This document shows, piece after piece, positions 49,364-59,522 of a DNA stretch of 64,000 bases. How positions within the stretch are numbered: position 1 is the first letter of the stretch; each line of letters opens with the position of its first letter. The DNA comes from an uncultured Alphaproteobacteria bacterium (GTDB lineage Bacteria > Pseudomonadota > Alphaproteobacteria > HIMB59 > GCA-002718135). The notes under the pieces are model-generated. The model saw only the letters and a list, made by a program, of their open reading frames with translations, had not been told where the DNA came from and did no database searches. The stretch covers positions 48,319 to 112,318 of the forward strand of contig CACOVJ010000001.1 of the NCBI GenBank assembly GCA_902630465.1, written 5' to 3'. A program made the position numbers and the translations under genes.

Positions 49364-50276
49364 AAAAATAGTATTTATGGGTACTCCAACTTTGGCAACG
49401 GAGTATTTAAGTACACTTATTGTAAATAATATAAAAGTAACCACTGTCTTTACACAGCCACCTAAAAAAAAATCCAGAGGAATGAAAATTAGCAAATCCC
49501 CAGTACATATATTAGCTGAGCAAAATGAAATTAATATTTTATGCCCCCATGAATTTGATATTACAACAATAAATAATTTAATAAAACAGCAACCAGATCT
49601 TATTATTGTAATGGCTTATGGAAAAATTCTTCCTAAAGTAATTTTAGATCTGCCAAAGTATGGTTGTATAAACATACATGTTTCTCTTTTACCAAGATGG
49701 AGAGGAGCTGCTCCTTTAGAACACACATTAATGAGTGGAGATACCAAAACTGGCATAACAATTTTTAAGCTAACAGAAAAACTAGATGCAGGTCCAATAA
49801 TTGTACAAAAAAAATTTATAATACCAGAAAGATTTAACAAACTTCAGCTTAGTAATTCTCTAACAACGTTAGGTACAAAATTACTAACTGAAACAATAAT
49901 AAAAATATTTAATAATGAAATTGTTTTTAAAGATCAAAATGAAGGAATTGCAACGTATGCAGACAAAATAACTTCAGATGTGAGAAAAATTAATTTTTAT
50001 AACTCAACAAAAAATATAATTAATCAAATAAGAGCCCATGCACCTAAACCTGGAGCTTGGTTTTATTTAAATAATGAGAGAATTAAAATAATAGATGCGA
50101 AACCAGGTACTTCAGAAGGGGAAAAGTCAACCATTCTTAATAGTAATTTTGAAATTGGATGTAAAGATGGAAGTATTTTACCTTTAATTTTACAAAGAGA
50201 AGGGAAAAAAGTTGTTACAATTGATGACTTTTTGAGAGGCTTTAAAATAAAAATTCATGATGTAATTAATGTTTAA
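49350..50276 (+). CDS. fmt: Methionyl-tRNA formyltransferase
   Basis: FMGTP, AYGKIL, NIHVSLLPRWRGAAP and LDAGP motifs. Confidence 0.96.
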   Translation: MIKDKKIVFMGTPTLATEYLSTLIVNNIKVTTVFTQPPKKKSRGMKISKSPVHILAEQNEINILCPHEFDITTINNLIKQQPDLIIVMAYGKILPKVILDLPKYGCINIHVSLLPRWRGAAPLEHTLMSGDTKTGITIFKLTEKLDAGPIIVQKKFIIPERFNKLQLSNSLTTLGTKLLTETIIKIFNNEIVFKDQNEGIATYADKITSDVRKINFYNSTKNIINQIRAHAPKPGAWFYLNNERIKIIDAKPGTSEGEKSTILNSNFEIGCKDGSILPLILQREGKKVVTIDDFLRGFKIKIHDVINV

Positions 50277-51003
50277 TTATAAAATTATTATTGAATATGA
50301 TGGGACTAATTTTGTTGGATGGCAAAGACAGGATAATGGATTATCAATTCAACAATTAATTGAAGACTCAATTTATAAACTTTCAAATAAAAAAACTATT
50401 ATTTTTGGTGCTGGAAGGACTGATGCTGGTGTTCACGCAAAAGGTCAAGTTGCAAGTTTTAAATTGGATACTCATATTGATCTTGATACTATACGTGATG
50501 GACTTAATCATTATTTAAGGCCTCATCCTATTGCCATTTTATCAAGTGAAAAAACTGATGATGATTTTAATGCCAGATTTTCTGCAAAACTTAGATGGTA
50601 TGAATATAAATTAATTAACAGAAGACCACCTCTAACACTTTCAAATAATAGAGTTTGGTGTGTGCACAAAAATATAAATATACAGAAAATGATTGATGAA
50701 TCTAAATTATTTTTAGGAAAGCATGATTTATCAGCTTTCCGCTCCATTAACTGTCAATCAAAATCAGCAATTAGGTCAATAAATTCATTTGATATAAAAC
50801 AAATAAATGATGAAATTAATTTTATTATATCAGCAAAATCATTTCTACATTCTCAAGTAAGAATAATGGTTGGCACACTAGTAGATTTAGGATTAGGAAA
50901 AATTTCTCAATCCATATCAGAAATAATTTTATTAAAAAAGAGAGAGTTAGCCGGTATGACTGCACCTGCTTATGGATTATATCTTTCAAAAGTTGATTAT
51001 TAA
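50269..51003 (+). CDS. truA: tRNA pseudouridine(38-40) synthase
   Basis: EYDGT, GAGRTDAGVHA, FNARFSA and FLHSQVR motifs. Confidence 0.97.
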   Translation: MFNYKIIIEYDGTNFVGWQRQDNGLSIQQLIEDSIYKLSNKKTIIFGAGRTDAGVHAKGQVASFKLDTHIDLDTIRDGLNHYLRPHPIAILSSEKTDDDFNARFSAKLRWYEYKLINRRPPLTLSNNRVWCVHKNINIQKMIDESKLFLGKHDLSAFRSINCQSKSAIRSINSFDIKQINDEINFIISAKSFLHSQVRIMVGTLVDLGLGKISQSISEIILLKKRELAGMTAPAYGLYLSKVDY

Positions 51004-51608
51004 TAAAAGCCAATTTCTGATAAACATATATCAGCATCGAAATCTTTGAATCCAGCTACTAAGCCAATAGATTTAATATTTTGACCAACCAAAGCTGAGG
51101 GTTGGTAAGCATTTGATTTTTTGAATTCATTAAATGGAGCTCTTATTTCTTTCCATTTCTTTTCAGTTGTGAAACTATATTTATAATATTGCCATGGTGC
51201 CATGGTGAGTGCAGTTCTTAAATGAATTGAATAATTTTCATTGTTACCATAAACTTTAAGATAAATTCCACTAAATTTCTTAGTAGATATTGTTGGTTTA
51301 AGTTGATTCCTTATTTGAATAAATCCACCATTGTTTTCGGTGGTTACGTTGCCAGTCATATGGTAACAATTTTCATTACCAACACTTGAAATTACAGCCT
51401 TACCTTGGGATAAACCACCCATAACGCCATCTGTGAAAAAAGCCCAGTTTTGCTTTTGACTAGTAACACCTGGGGTACTTAGATCATCTAATATCATTTT
51501 ATTTTCTTGAGCATTTATTACGCTAAAATTATTAAAAAAAACTAAAAAAATTGAATAAAATAGGAGTTTTTTAAACAGATTTGATTTTAAAAAATGCAAT
51601 AAAAACAT
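51000..51608 (-). CDS. CIA30 (NDUFAF1-like) family protein, possibly exported
   Basis: W.FFTDGVMGGLS and ENNGGFIQ motifs; hydrophobic N-terminal extension. The start could alternatively be the internal Met (MILDD). Confidence 0.8.
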   Translation of the reverse strand: MFLLHFLKSNLFKKLLFYSIFLVFFNNFSVINAQENKMILDDLSTPGVTSQKQNWAFFTDGVMGGLSQGKAVISSVGNENCYHMTGNVTTENNGGFIQIRNQLKPTISTKKFSGIYLKVYGNNENYSIHLRTALTMAPWQYYKYSFTTEKKWKEIRAPFNEFKKSNAYQPSALVGQNIKSIGLVAGFKDFDADICLSEIGFY

Positions 51609-51693
51609 AGTATATACATAGTTTTAACATATCTCTTTTAAATGTTAGAATTTTGTTATTTGATATTTAGTTATTTGTTCTTATTTATAAAGT

Positions 51694-52257
51694 ATGGAAA
51701 CAATGAAAACTCTTCTTTCAAGAAGGTCTATTTCTAAGCTTAAAGAGCCTTATCCTTCTAAAGAAGAAATGTCAGATGTATATCAAGCTGCATTAAGGGC
51801 GCCTGATCACTCTTGGCTAAGACCTTGGAAATTCATTGAAGTTACTGGAGAGTCTAGAAATAAACTAGGCAAAGCTTTCATCAACTCTACAAAAAAAACA
51901 GAAGAAATAGATGGAGAACGTGAAAATAAAATCGCCTCTCTTCCACTTAGATCTCCGATGATAATAATTGTAGTTGCGAGGATTAATCATGATAAACCGA
52001 ATGTTCCTAGATTAGAACAAATCCAATCAACAGCTGCCGCAGCTCAAAACATCTTACTAGCACTCCATGATAAAGGTTATGGCGCTTATTGGAGAACAGG
52101 AAAATATTCTACCGAAAGAAATGAATATATATCAAGTGAATTATCTCTTGATAAAAATGATGAAGTTTTAGGATATCTTTATGTAGGAACTCCAGAAGTT
52201 GATGCTCCTAGTATTCCTGAGCTAGAAAATAAAGACTTTGTAACTTACTGGAATTAA
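51694..52257 (+). CDS. Nitroreductase family protein (YdjA-like)
   Basis: RRS, ALRAPDH..LRPW, AAAQN, WRTG and GYLYVGT motifs. Confidence 0.88.
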   Translation: METMKTLLSRRSISKLKEPYPSKEEMSDVYQAALRAPDHSWLRPWKFIEVTGESRNKLGKAFINSTKKTEEIDGERENKIASLPLRSPMIIIVVARINHDKPNVPRLEQIQSTAAAAQNILLALHDKGYGAYWRTGKYSTERNEYISSELSLDKNDEVLGYLYVGTPEVDAPSIPELENKDFVTYWN

Positions 52258-52259
52258 TT

Positions 52260-52511
52260 ATGTTAGAATTTATAAGTAATGGATGGCATGGTGTAATGAG
52301 TTCTAGTTTAAATCCACTTAGACATATACCAGATGAAAATGTAAGACACTTAATTTTACAAATTCTCTCGTGGATGTGGTGCACCGCTTTTTCATTGTAT
52401 TTCGGCTCTTGGTTTTTATTTGGGCTAACGATAGCAACTCATTTTATCTTACTTTTAGCCATATTCATAACAGTAATAACATTTGACCTAGTCAAAACTA
52501 CATACAAATAA
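52260..52511 (+). CDS. Small hypothetical membrane protein
   Basis: 83 aa, two hydrophobic segments, NPLRHIPD...RH...Q.LSWMWC; starts 2 bp after the nitroreductase stop. Confidence 0.7.
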   Translation: MLEFISNGWHGVMSSSLNPLRHIPDENVRHLILQILSWMWCTAFSLYFGSWFLFGLTIATHFILLLAIFITVITFDLVKTTYK

Positions 52512-52514
52512 ATT

Positions 52515-53123
52515 TTATAAGCTTCTAGCAAGACGTCTAACACTCATCATATGTTTTTTAAATGTTCGTTCAGGCATATTTGGAAGTACAGAGTAAAAAC
52601 GTAAATATTTTGTTTTCATTCCACCTAAATTAAAAACAGATTTCTTTATTCTTCTATAAGGAATATTATCAAAGATTGAGAAGTTAAAATAGCTTATCAT
52701 TGGACCACCATATGTAATAGAAACAATTCCAAGTTTTCCTTTCATTGCACCAGGTATAGGATATCCATAATTTTTAAAATATTTACTTCCCGGTATTGCT
52801 TCTTTGTAAGAAAAAAACCATTTAGGATGTAAAACCCAATCAACCCAATTTTCTAAAATTGAATTTAACCTTAAATTATTGCAAGAACCTATTAAGAACA
52901 TAATATCACTTTTTTCTAATCTTTCCCTATAGTCAATAACTAGCTTAGGCGGGGGGTTAAAGTTAGAGTTGTAAAATGGTAACTGTTCTTTTTCATCAAA
53001 CAAATTTACAAGATCAATAGAGTGGCCGCATTTTGTCGCTTCATCAATGAAAATATCACGTATTTCAGCATTAAATGATTTAGTAGTATTGTGATGGCCA
53101 AAAACAATAAAGATTTTTTTCAT
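52515..53123 (-). CDS. Flavodoxin-like NAD(P)H-dependent oxidoreductase (Flavodoxin_2 family)
   Basis: IVFGH...SFN, LENWVDWV and TYGGP motifs; SD GGAG upstream. Confidence 0.75.
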   Translation of the reverse strand: MKKIFIVFGHHNTTKSFNAEIRDIFIDEATKCGHSIDLVNLFDEKEQLPFYNSNFNPPPKLVIDYRERLEKSDIMFLIGSCNNLRLNSILENWVDWVLHPKWFFSYKEAIPGSKYFKNYGYPIPGAMKGKLGIVSITYGGPMISYFNFSIFDNIPYRRIKKSVFNLGGMKTKYLRFYSVLPNMPERTFKKHMMSVRRLARSL

Positions 53124-53279
53124 TTCTCCACTAATATCAGAATACCAACTAATTCGTAATTAAATACAAATACTCTAAAGAAAATAAAATTTTTATTAAT
53201 TTATTACATTAGAATTATTCTAATTTAAGTTAATATATTTCTATAAAAAATATATATATTGAGGTCATTTATATTTATT

Positions 53280-54242
53280 ATGATTATTTCAGTTGCAGAT
53301 ATTGAAAATGCCTATACAAAAATCAAAAATTCAATCATAAATACACCATTAGTAAGTAATGACTTCATCAATAATACTCTTGATGCTGAAGTTTATTTCA
53401 AACTTGAAAATTTGCAAAACACAGGATCTTTTAAGCTTAGAGGCGCCACTCATAAAATATCAAAGCTATCTAAAGAGATTATTAATAATGGAGTTGTTGC
53501 TTACTCTTCGGGTAATCATGCACAAGCAGTAGCTTATGCAGCAATGAACAATAATATTACTGCTAAAATTATTATGCCAAAAAATGCACCAAAAATAAAA
53601 ATAGAAAATACAAAAAAATATGGTGCAGATATAATTTTGTATGATACTTTTTTTGAAAACAGAGAAAAAATAGGAAATGAAATTAAAGAAAAAGAGAATA
53701 GAACCTTAATTAAACCCTATGATGATATTGATGTTATTGCTGGGCAAGGTACAGCAGGTGTAGAAATAGCTAATGAATTACAAAGCTTAGATATTATCCC
53801 TGATATTTATTTGTGTTGCTGTGGAGGGGGTGGACTAGTTGCAGGGACATCAACTTATCTAAGTTATAAGTTTCCTAATTTAAAGTCATACGCAGTTGAG
53901 CCAGATGGATTTGATGATACAAAAAAATCATTGGAAAATAAAAAAATAGTTGAGAATGCTTCAAACGTAAAATCTATATGTGACGCATTACTAGCACCAA
54001 TGCCAGGAAATTTAACTTTTCCAATTAATTTAAAAAATCTTAGTGGAGGCATATGCGTTTCAGATGAAGAAGTAAGAAAAACTATAATTTTACTTTCTGA
54101 GCAGCTAAAAATAGTTGTTGAACCAGGAGGAGCAGTCGCGGCTGCAGCTGTATTAAATAACAAAATAAATATAAAAAATAAGAAAATTATAGTTATGATT
54201 TCAGGTGGAAATATTGATTTGGAATTATTTAGATCATTATGA
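53280..54242 (+). CDS. PLP-dependent threonine/serine dehydratase family protein (no ACT domain)
   Basis: KLENLQNTGSFKLRGA, SSGNHAQA, GQGT, GGGGL, EPGGA and SGGN motifs. ATG at 53280. Confidence 0.88.
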   Translation: MIISVADIENAYTKIKNSIINTPLVSNDFINNTLDAEVYFKLENLQNTGSFKLRGATHKISKLSKEIINNGVVAYSSGNHAQAVAYAAMNNNITAKIIMPKNAPKIKIENTKKYGADIILYDTFFENREKIGNEIKEKENRTLIKPYDDIDVIAGQGTAGVEIANELQSLDIIPDIYLCCCGGGGLVAGTSTYLSYKFPNLKSYAVEPDGFDDTKKSLENKKIVENASNVKSICDALLAPMPGNLTFPINLKNLSGGICVSDEEVRKTIILLSEQLKIVVEPGGAVAAAAVLNNKINIKNKKIIVMISGGNIDLELFRSL

Positions 54243-56005
54243 GCTCAAAATCATCATTGACTAAATTACAGTCTGAATTGAAAGATAAAAACATTGATGT
54301 TTTCATAATCAATAGAAGTGATGAATTCCTGAATGAATACATTGCACCATACGCAGAAAGGTTAAATTTTATAACAAATTTTTCAGGATCTGCTGGAAAG
54401 GCAATAATTCATCAAAATGAAGCATATTTGTATGTAGATGGTCGTTATACATTTCAAGCTCAAGAACAAATTAATACTGATGAAATTAAATCCAAGCATA
54501 TAAATTTATTTTGGGATGACTTAAAAAAAATTTTTACAACACAAAACTGTGTTATTGCAATTGATCCAAAATTGCATTCAATAAATGAAATCTATAGAAT
54601 TCAGGAATATATAGTCAATACATCTGCAAATATTAACTTTTTAGATACAAATATTATTGATAAAATTTGGAACAATAAACCAAAAATTGAATACTCCAAT
54701 ATTTTTGATCATCCAATAAAATTTGCTGGCTGCGATAGGATTGAAAAGTTAAATAATTTTTATGATTTTTTAAATAACAATAATATTAACCAATATTTAG
54801 TTACTGGTTTGGACAACATAGCTTGGTTGCTAAATATAAGGGCTGATGATATTTTATATACACCACTTGTTTTTTCTTACCTTTTAATATCTAAAAAACA
54901 TAAATCATCTTTGTATATTAAACATGATAAAATAAATAATAAATTAAAAACAGAATTAGAAAAACATATTAATATTAAACCAATTGAAAATATTAATAGT
55001 ATTTTTTCCAAAATAAAAAAAGATGACATAGTAGGTTTGGATTTTTCATCGACAACATATTATTTTTTAAAACAATTAGAAAACAATAATATTCAACACA
55101 AGAATATAACTAATCCACTAATTTTGTCTAAGGCAATTAAAAATAAAACTGAACAAACTGGCGCATTTAATGCAAATTTGAGAGATGGTGTAAGTATGAC
55201 TCGGTTTATTTATTGGTTAAAAAATGAAATAGATACTAATTCATCAAATGAAATTATAGTTTCAAAATATTTAGAAAGTTTAAGAAAAAAAAATGAATTA
55301 TTTCATTCATTATCATTTGAAACAATTTCAGCCTTTGGTAAAAATGCTGCACTACCGCATTACAGAGTAAATAAAACAAGTAATATTAATTTTACAAAAG
55401 ATAATATTTATCTTGTTGATTCTGGTGCTCAATATTATGATGGAACTACTGATATAACGCGAACTATAATTTTAGGTAAGGCTTCGGAAGAACAAAAAGA
55501 TAGATTTACTCGAGTTTTAAAAGGACACATTGCACTTTCAAATCACATTTTTCCAAAAGGAACAAAAGGCACTGATATTGATTATTTAGCTCGTGAATAT
55601 TTAAATGAAATAGGGTGTGATTATGATCATGGAACAGGGCACGGTATTGGAAGTTTCTTAAGCGTACATGAGGCACCTCAAAGAATTGCAAAAAAATCAA
55701 TGCATAATAGTGTGGAACTAGTTTCTGGAATGATAATTTCAAATGAACCAGGATATTATAAACTTAATGAATATGGAATTAGAATCGAAAATTTAATTAT
55801 GATAAAAGAAAATAAAAATAATTTACTTTATTTTGAAAACCTAACTTGGTGTCCTATTGATTCAGATTTAATTGAAAAAGGTCTTTTAAATAATAAAGAA
55901 TTAGAGTGGCTTAATACATACCATGAAAATGTATATACAAAATTAAATGCTTATTTAAATGATAAAGAGAAAAAATGGTTAAAACTTGTTACAAAACCAC
56001 TATAA
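54239..56005 (+). CDS. pepP: Xaa-Pro aminopeptidase (aminopeptidase P, M24B)
   Basis: FSGSAG, DGRY, DSGAQYYDGTTDITRT, HGTGHGIG, VHE, NEPGYY and GIRIEN motifs. Confidence 0.93.
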   Translation: MSSKSSLTKLQSELKDKNIDVFIINRSDEFLNEYIAPYAERLNFITNFSGSAGKAIIHQNEAYLYVDGRYTFQAQEQINTDEIKSKHINLFWDDLKKIFTTQNCVIAIDPKLHSINEIYRIQEYIVNTSANINFLDTNIIDKIWNNKPKIEYSNIFDHPIKFAGCDRIEKLNNFYDFLNNNNINQYLVTGLDNIAWLLNIRADDILYTPLVFSYLLISKKHKSSLYIKHDKINNKLKTELEKHINIKPIENINSIFSKIKKDDIVGLDFSSTTYYFLKQLENNNIQHKNITNPLILSKAIKNKTEQTGAFNANLRDGVSMTRFIYWLKNEIDTNSSNEIIVSKYLESLRKKNELFHSLSFETISAFGKNAALPHYRVNKTSNINFTKDNIYLVDSGAQYYDGTTDITRTIILGKASEEQKDRFTRVLKGHIALSNHIFPKGTKGTDIDYLAREYLNEIGCDYDHGTGHGIGSFLSVHEAPQRIAKKSMHNSVELVSGMIISNEPGYYKLNEYGIRIENLIMIKENKNNLLYFENLTWCPIDSDLIEKGLLNNKELEWLNTYHENVYTKLNAYLNDKEKKWLKLVTKPL

Positions 56006-56072
56006 ATTAATAACTAATTTGAGAATTCGTTTTCTTTCTTATGTTAATAAAATAAGTTAAAATAAAATTGAA

Positions 56073-57185
56073 ATGATATTAATTTTAACACAATGTTTTC
56101 CTTCAAGAATTGGAGGGATAGAAAATTTAATGTTTAATTTAAGTTATTTTTTAGCAAAAAATAATAAGGTCATTGTTTTAGCTGATCAAAATAATATTAT
56201 TAAAGATGCAGTATTTGATAATAAATTCAAAAAAAATTTTTTAGTTAGAAGATTTGGAGGATTAAAATATTTTAGAAGAAGAAATAAATTAAGAGAATTA
56301 AAAAAAATTATCAGTTTTCAAAACATAGATGCAATTATATGTGATAGTTGGAAAAGTATAGAGTTACCAATAAAACTATTACAAAAAAAAAATTTAACTT
56401 CAATTTGTTTAGTGCATGGAAATGAAGTAATTATTAAAAATAAAAGTCACCAAAAAAGAATAAAAAATACTTTAAAAAGTGTAAATAAAATTGTTACTAA
56501 TTCAGAATATACAAAAAATTTATTAAAAAAAGTTAGCTTAGAATTTAATAATATTGAAATTATACACCCCGGTGTTCCCAGTTTTGAAAATATTAAAGAG
56601 GAAAAATTAAATTTATTAGATGGTCAGCCAACTTTGCTTACTCTTGCAAGACTTGAAAAAAGAAAAGGACATGAGAAAATTCTTTATGCTTTAAGCAATC
56701 TAAAAATTCAATTTCCGGGCATTCGATACATTATTGCTGGTGATGGTGTAGAAAAAAATAATTTGCAATTATTAGTTAATAAATTAGGTATTTCTAAAAA
56801 TGTAATTTTTATTGGATCAGTAAGCGATGAGCAAAAAAAATATATATTAAATAATACTGATTTAATGGTTATGCCAACTATAGACGAAACTAATAATTTA
56901 TCTATCGAGGGATTTGGTATAGCATATATAGAAGCTGCTTTATTTGGAATACCATCAATAGCTTCAAATAATGGCGGTACAAACGAAGCTGTAATAGATA
57001 ACAAAACTGGTGTAATTTTAGACGATATTAGTAATTTAGAAGATTGTATTCGAGAATTGATTTCAAATAAAGATAAAAGAGAATTATTGGGAAAAAATGC
57101 TCAAAGAAGAGCAATAAACGAATTACATTGGGATAATCAGGTAAAAAAATATTTAAATTTAATATCAAATATTAAAATGAAATGA
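56073..57185 (+). CDS. Glycosyltransferase family 4
   Basis: FPSRIGGIE, HGNE, RLEKRKG and EGFGIAYIEA motifs. Confidence 0.88.
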   Translation: MILILTQCFPSRIGGIENLMFNLSYFLAKNNKVIVLADQNNIIKDAVFDNKFKKNFLVRRFGGLKYFRRRNKLRELKKIISFQNIDAIICDSWKSIELPIKLLQKKNLTSICLVHGNEVIIKNKSHQKRIKNTLKSVNKIVTNSEYTKNLLKKVSLEFNNIEIIHPGVPSFENIKEEKLNLLDGQPTLLTLARLEKRKGHEKILYALSNLKIQFPGIRYIIAGDGVEKNNLQLLVNKLGISKNVIFIGSVSDEQKKYILNNTDLMVMPTIDETNNLSIEGFGIAYIEAALFGIPSIASNNGGTNEAVIDNKTGVILDDISNLEDCIRELISNKDKRELLGKNAQRRAINELHWDNQVKKYLNLISNIKMK

Positions 57186-58108
57186 GCATATTATTTCACT
57201 GTACATTTTCAAACTCGAAAGAGTGGAAAATTAAAATTAAAAAAAAATTTAAAAATAAAAAAATTATTTCAATACATGATAAAAATGAATTTGATAAAGT
57301 TGATATTGCTATTATCTGGAATTTACCTAATCAGATTTTGAAAAAACTTCCTAATTTAAAAATTATTTTTTCATTAGGTGCTGGTGTAGATCATATCTTA
57401 AAACTAAATGATTACAATGGCACACCTATAGTAAGAATAAAGGATCCATTAATGGGTGAGTTGATGTACTACTATGTTTTATCTCAAATTTTAAATTTTC
57501 AATTGCGAATAAATGATTATAAAATTGCTCAAAAAAATAAAGTTTGGTTAAAAGATATAATTCCGCCATTTAATAAAGATTTAACCATAGGTATATTAGG
57601 CTTAGGCTATCTAGGTTTGATAGTAGCAAGATGCCTATTTAAAAATAATTATAATGTCATTGGTTTTAAAAAAGATAAAATAAAAAAAGAAAAATTTAAA
57701 ATTTACTATAATAATCAACTATCAAATTTCATTAGATCATCAGATATTTTAATAAATATATTACCAAGCACAAAAGATACTAAAAATTTTATAAATTCAA
57801 AATTCTTATCAAAAATGAAAAAAAAATCTTTATTAATTAGTATTGGAAGAGGTTCTACTGTAAATGAAAATGATTTAATCAAACATTTGAAGAGAAACCA
57901 ATATTTTTACGCTTCGTTAGATGTTTTCCAAAATGAGCCTCTTTCTAAAAAAAGTTTATTTTGGTCTATGCACAATGTTACCATTACACCTCATGTTGCT
58001 AGTAATACTCTAATAAATTCTGCTATTAATCTTATGTTTAAAAGATATTCAAATTATATAAAAACAAAAAAAATTAAATCTGATATAAATTTAAATAAAG
58101 GTTATTAA
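57182..58108 (+). CDS. ghrA: Glyoxylate/hydroxypyruvate reductase A-like D-2-hydroxyacid dehydrogenase
   Basis: SLGAGVDH, GILGLGYLG, GRG, LDVFQNEPL and TPHVAS motifs. Confidence 0.8.
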   Translation: MSILFHCTFSNSKEWKIKIKKKFKNKKIISIHDKNEFDKVDIAIIWNLPNQILKKLPNLKIIFSLGAGVDHILKLNDYNGTPIVRIKDPLMGELMYYYVLSQILNFQLRINDYKIAQKNKVWLKDIIPPFNKDLTIGILGLGYLGLIVARCLFKNNYNVIGFKKDKIKKEKFKIYYNNQLSNFIRSSDILINILPSTKDTKNFINSKFLSKMKKKSLLISIGRGSTVNENDLIKHLKRNQYFYASLDVFQNEPLSKKSLFWSMHNVTITPHVASNTLINSAINLMFKRYSNYIKTKKIKSDINLNKGY

Positions 58109-58280
58109 TTTAATATAATTAAATTTTATAGCATTACTCTATTTGATTTATTAATCTTTATCCAAATACTTAACAAACTTATTAAAATTATAATAATTAT
58201 AAAAAACATAAATTATAGTTGAAAAATCTAATTTTTTAAAATTTATCCCTTTTTTTATTACTTTAGTCCAAATAGAAAAT

Positions 58281-59477
58281 ATGAAAATATTATGTGTTTT
58301 ATACGATGATCCGACTACGGGAATGCCAGAAAAATATGCATTAGACAGCATTCCTAAAATTGAAAAATATCCAGATGGAATGTCACTTCCATCACCAAAG
58401 GCAATAGATTTTAATCCTGGTGAGCTACTTGGTTGTGTATCTGGGGAATTAGGTTTAAGAAAATTTTTAGAAGATCAAGGACATACTTTAGTTGTCACTT
58501 CTGACAAAGATGCTGATGGATGCCAAGCAGATAAAGAATTAATTGATTCTGATATTGTTATTTCGCAACCATTTTGGCCATATTATCTTACTAGAAAAAG
58601 AATTGAAAGTGCTCCTAATTTAAAGATGGCAATTACTGCAGGTATCGGTTCAGACCATGTTGACCTTCAAGCAGCAATGGACCATAAAGTTGATGTTGTA
58701 GAGGTTACTTATTGTAATTCAAGATCTGTGGCTGAACATATAGTTATGATGATACTATCAATGGTTAGGGATTATCATAACCAGCATTCTATTGCTAAAT
58801 CTGGTGGTTGGAATATCGCTGATGCAGTAAAAAGATCTTACGATGTTGAAGGTATGCATATAGGTACAGTTGCTGCTGGCCGTATAGGTTTAGATGCTTT
58901 AAGAAAAATGAAACCATTTGACACACATTTGCATTACTTTGATAGACATAGACTACCCGACTCTATTGAAAATGAATTAGGCTTAACATTCCATGATAAT
59001 GTTGAATCGATGGTAAAAGTTTGTGATGTAGTCACTATCAATTGTCCTTTACACCCAGAAACGGAGCACCTTTTTAACGATGATTTGATAAGTAAAATGA
59101 AGAAAGGGGCTTATATTGTAAATACTGCAAGGGGTAAAATATGTGACAAAGACGCGATAGCTAGAGCCCTTGAATCTGGTCAATTGAGTGGATATGCAGG
59201 CGATGTATGGTTTCCTCAACCAGCACCTAATGATCACATTTGGAGATCAATGCCTCATAATGGAATGACACCTCATACTTCTGGAACATCATTATCTGCT
59301 CAAGCAAGATATGCCGCAGGGGTAAGAGAAATATTAGAATGCTTCTTTGAAGGCACAAGTATAAGGGAACCATATTTGATTGTTCAAAATGGTCAACTTG
59401 CTGGTATGGGTGCACATTCATACAGTAAAGGTAGTTCAACTGCTGGATCTGAAGAAGCCACTAAATATAAAAAGTAA
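58281..59477 (+). CDS. fdh: NAD-dependent (metal-independent) formate dehydrogenase
   Basis: KILCVLYDDP, LLGCVSGELGLR, SQPFWP, AGIGSDHVD, VAAGRIG, YFDRH, GDVWFPQPAP and TPHTSGTSLSAQARYAAG, matching Pseudomonas sp. 101-type FDH. Confidence 0.95.
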   Translation: MKILCVLYDDPTTGMPEKYALDSIPKIEKYPDGMSLPSPKAIDFNPGELLGCVSGELGLRKFLEDQGHTLVVTSDKDADGCQADKELIDSDIVISQPFWPYYLTRKRIESAPNLKMAITAGIGSDHVDLQAAMDHKVDVVEVTYCNSRSVAEHIVMMILSMVRDYHNQHSIAKSGGWNIADAVKRSYDVEGMHIGTVAAGRIGLDALRKMKPFDTHLHYFDRHRLPDSIENELGLTFHDNVESMVKVCDVVTINCPLHPETEHLFNDDLISKMKKGAYIVNTARGKICDKDAIARALESGQLSGYAGDVWFPQPAPNDHIWRSMPHNGMTPHTSGTSLSAQARYAAGVREILECFFEGTSIREPYLIVQNGQLAGMGAHSYSKGSSTAGSEEATKYKK

Positions 59478-59490
59478 ATCTAAAATATAA

Positions 59491-59521
59491 AAAGAGCGGC
59501 AATAAATTAAATCCGCTCTTT
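59491..59521. terminator. Bidirectional rho-independent terminator between fdh and the HPP gene
   Basis: AAAGAGCGG-N13-CCGCTCTTT stem with A/T tails, between convergent stop codons. Confidence 0.75.
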
Positions 59522-59522
59522 A

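Noticed and set aside
58151..58351. 66-aa minus-strand ORF upstream of fdh as a regulator
   Set aside because: It overlaps the fdh start, has no HTH or other motif and is low-complexity; more likely promoter DNA.
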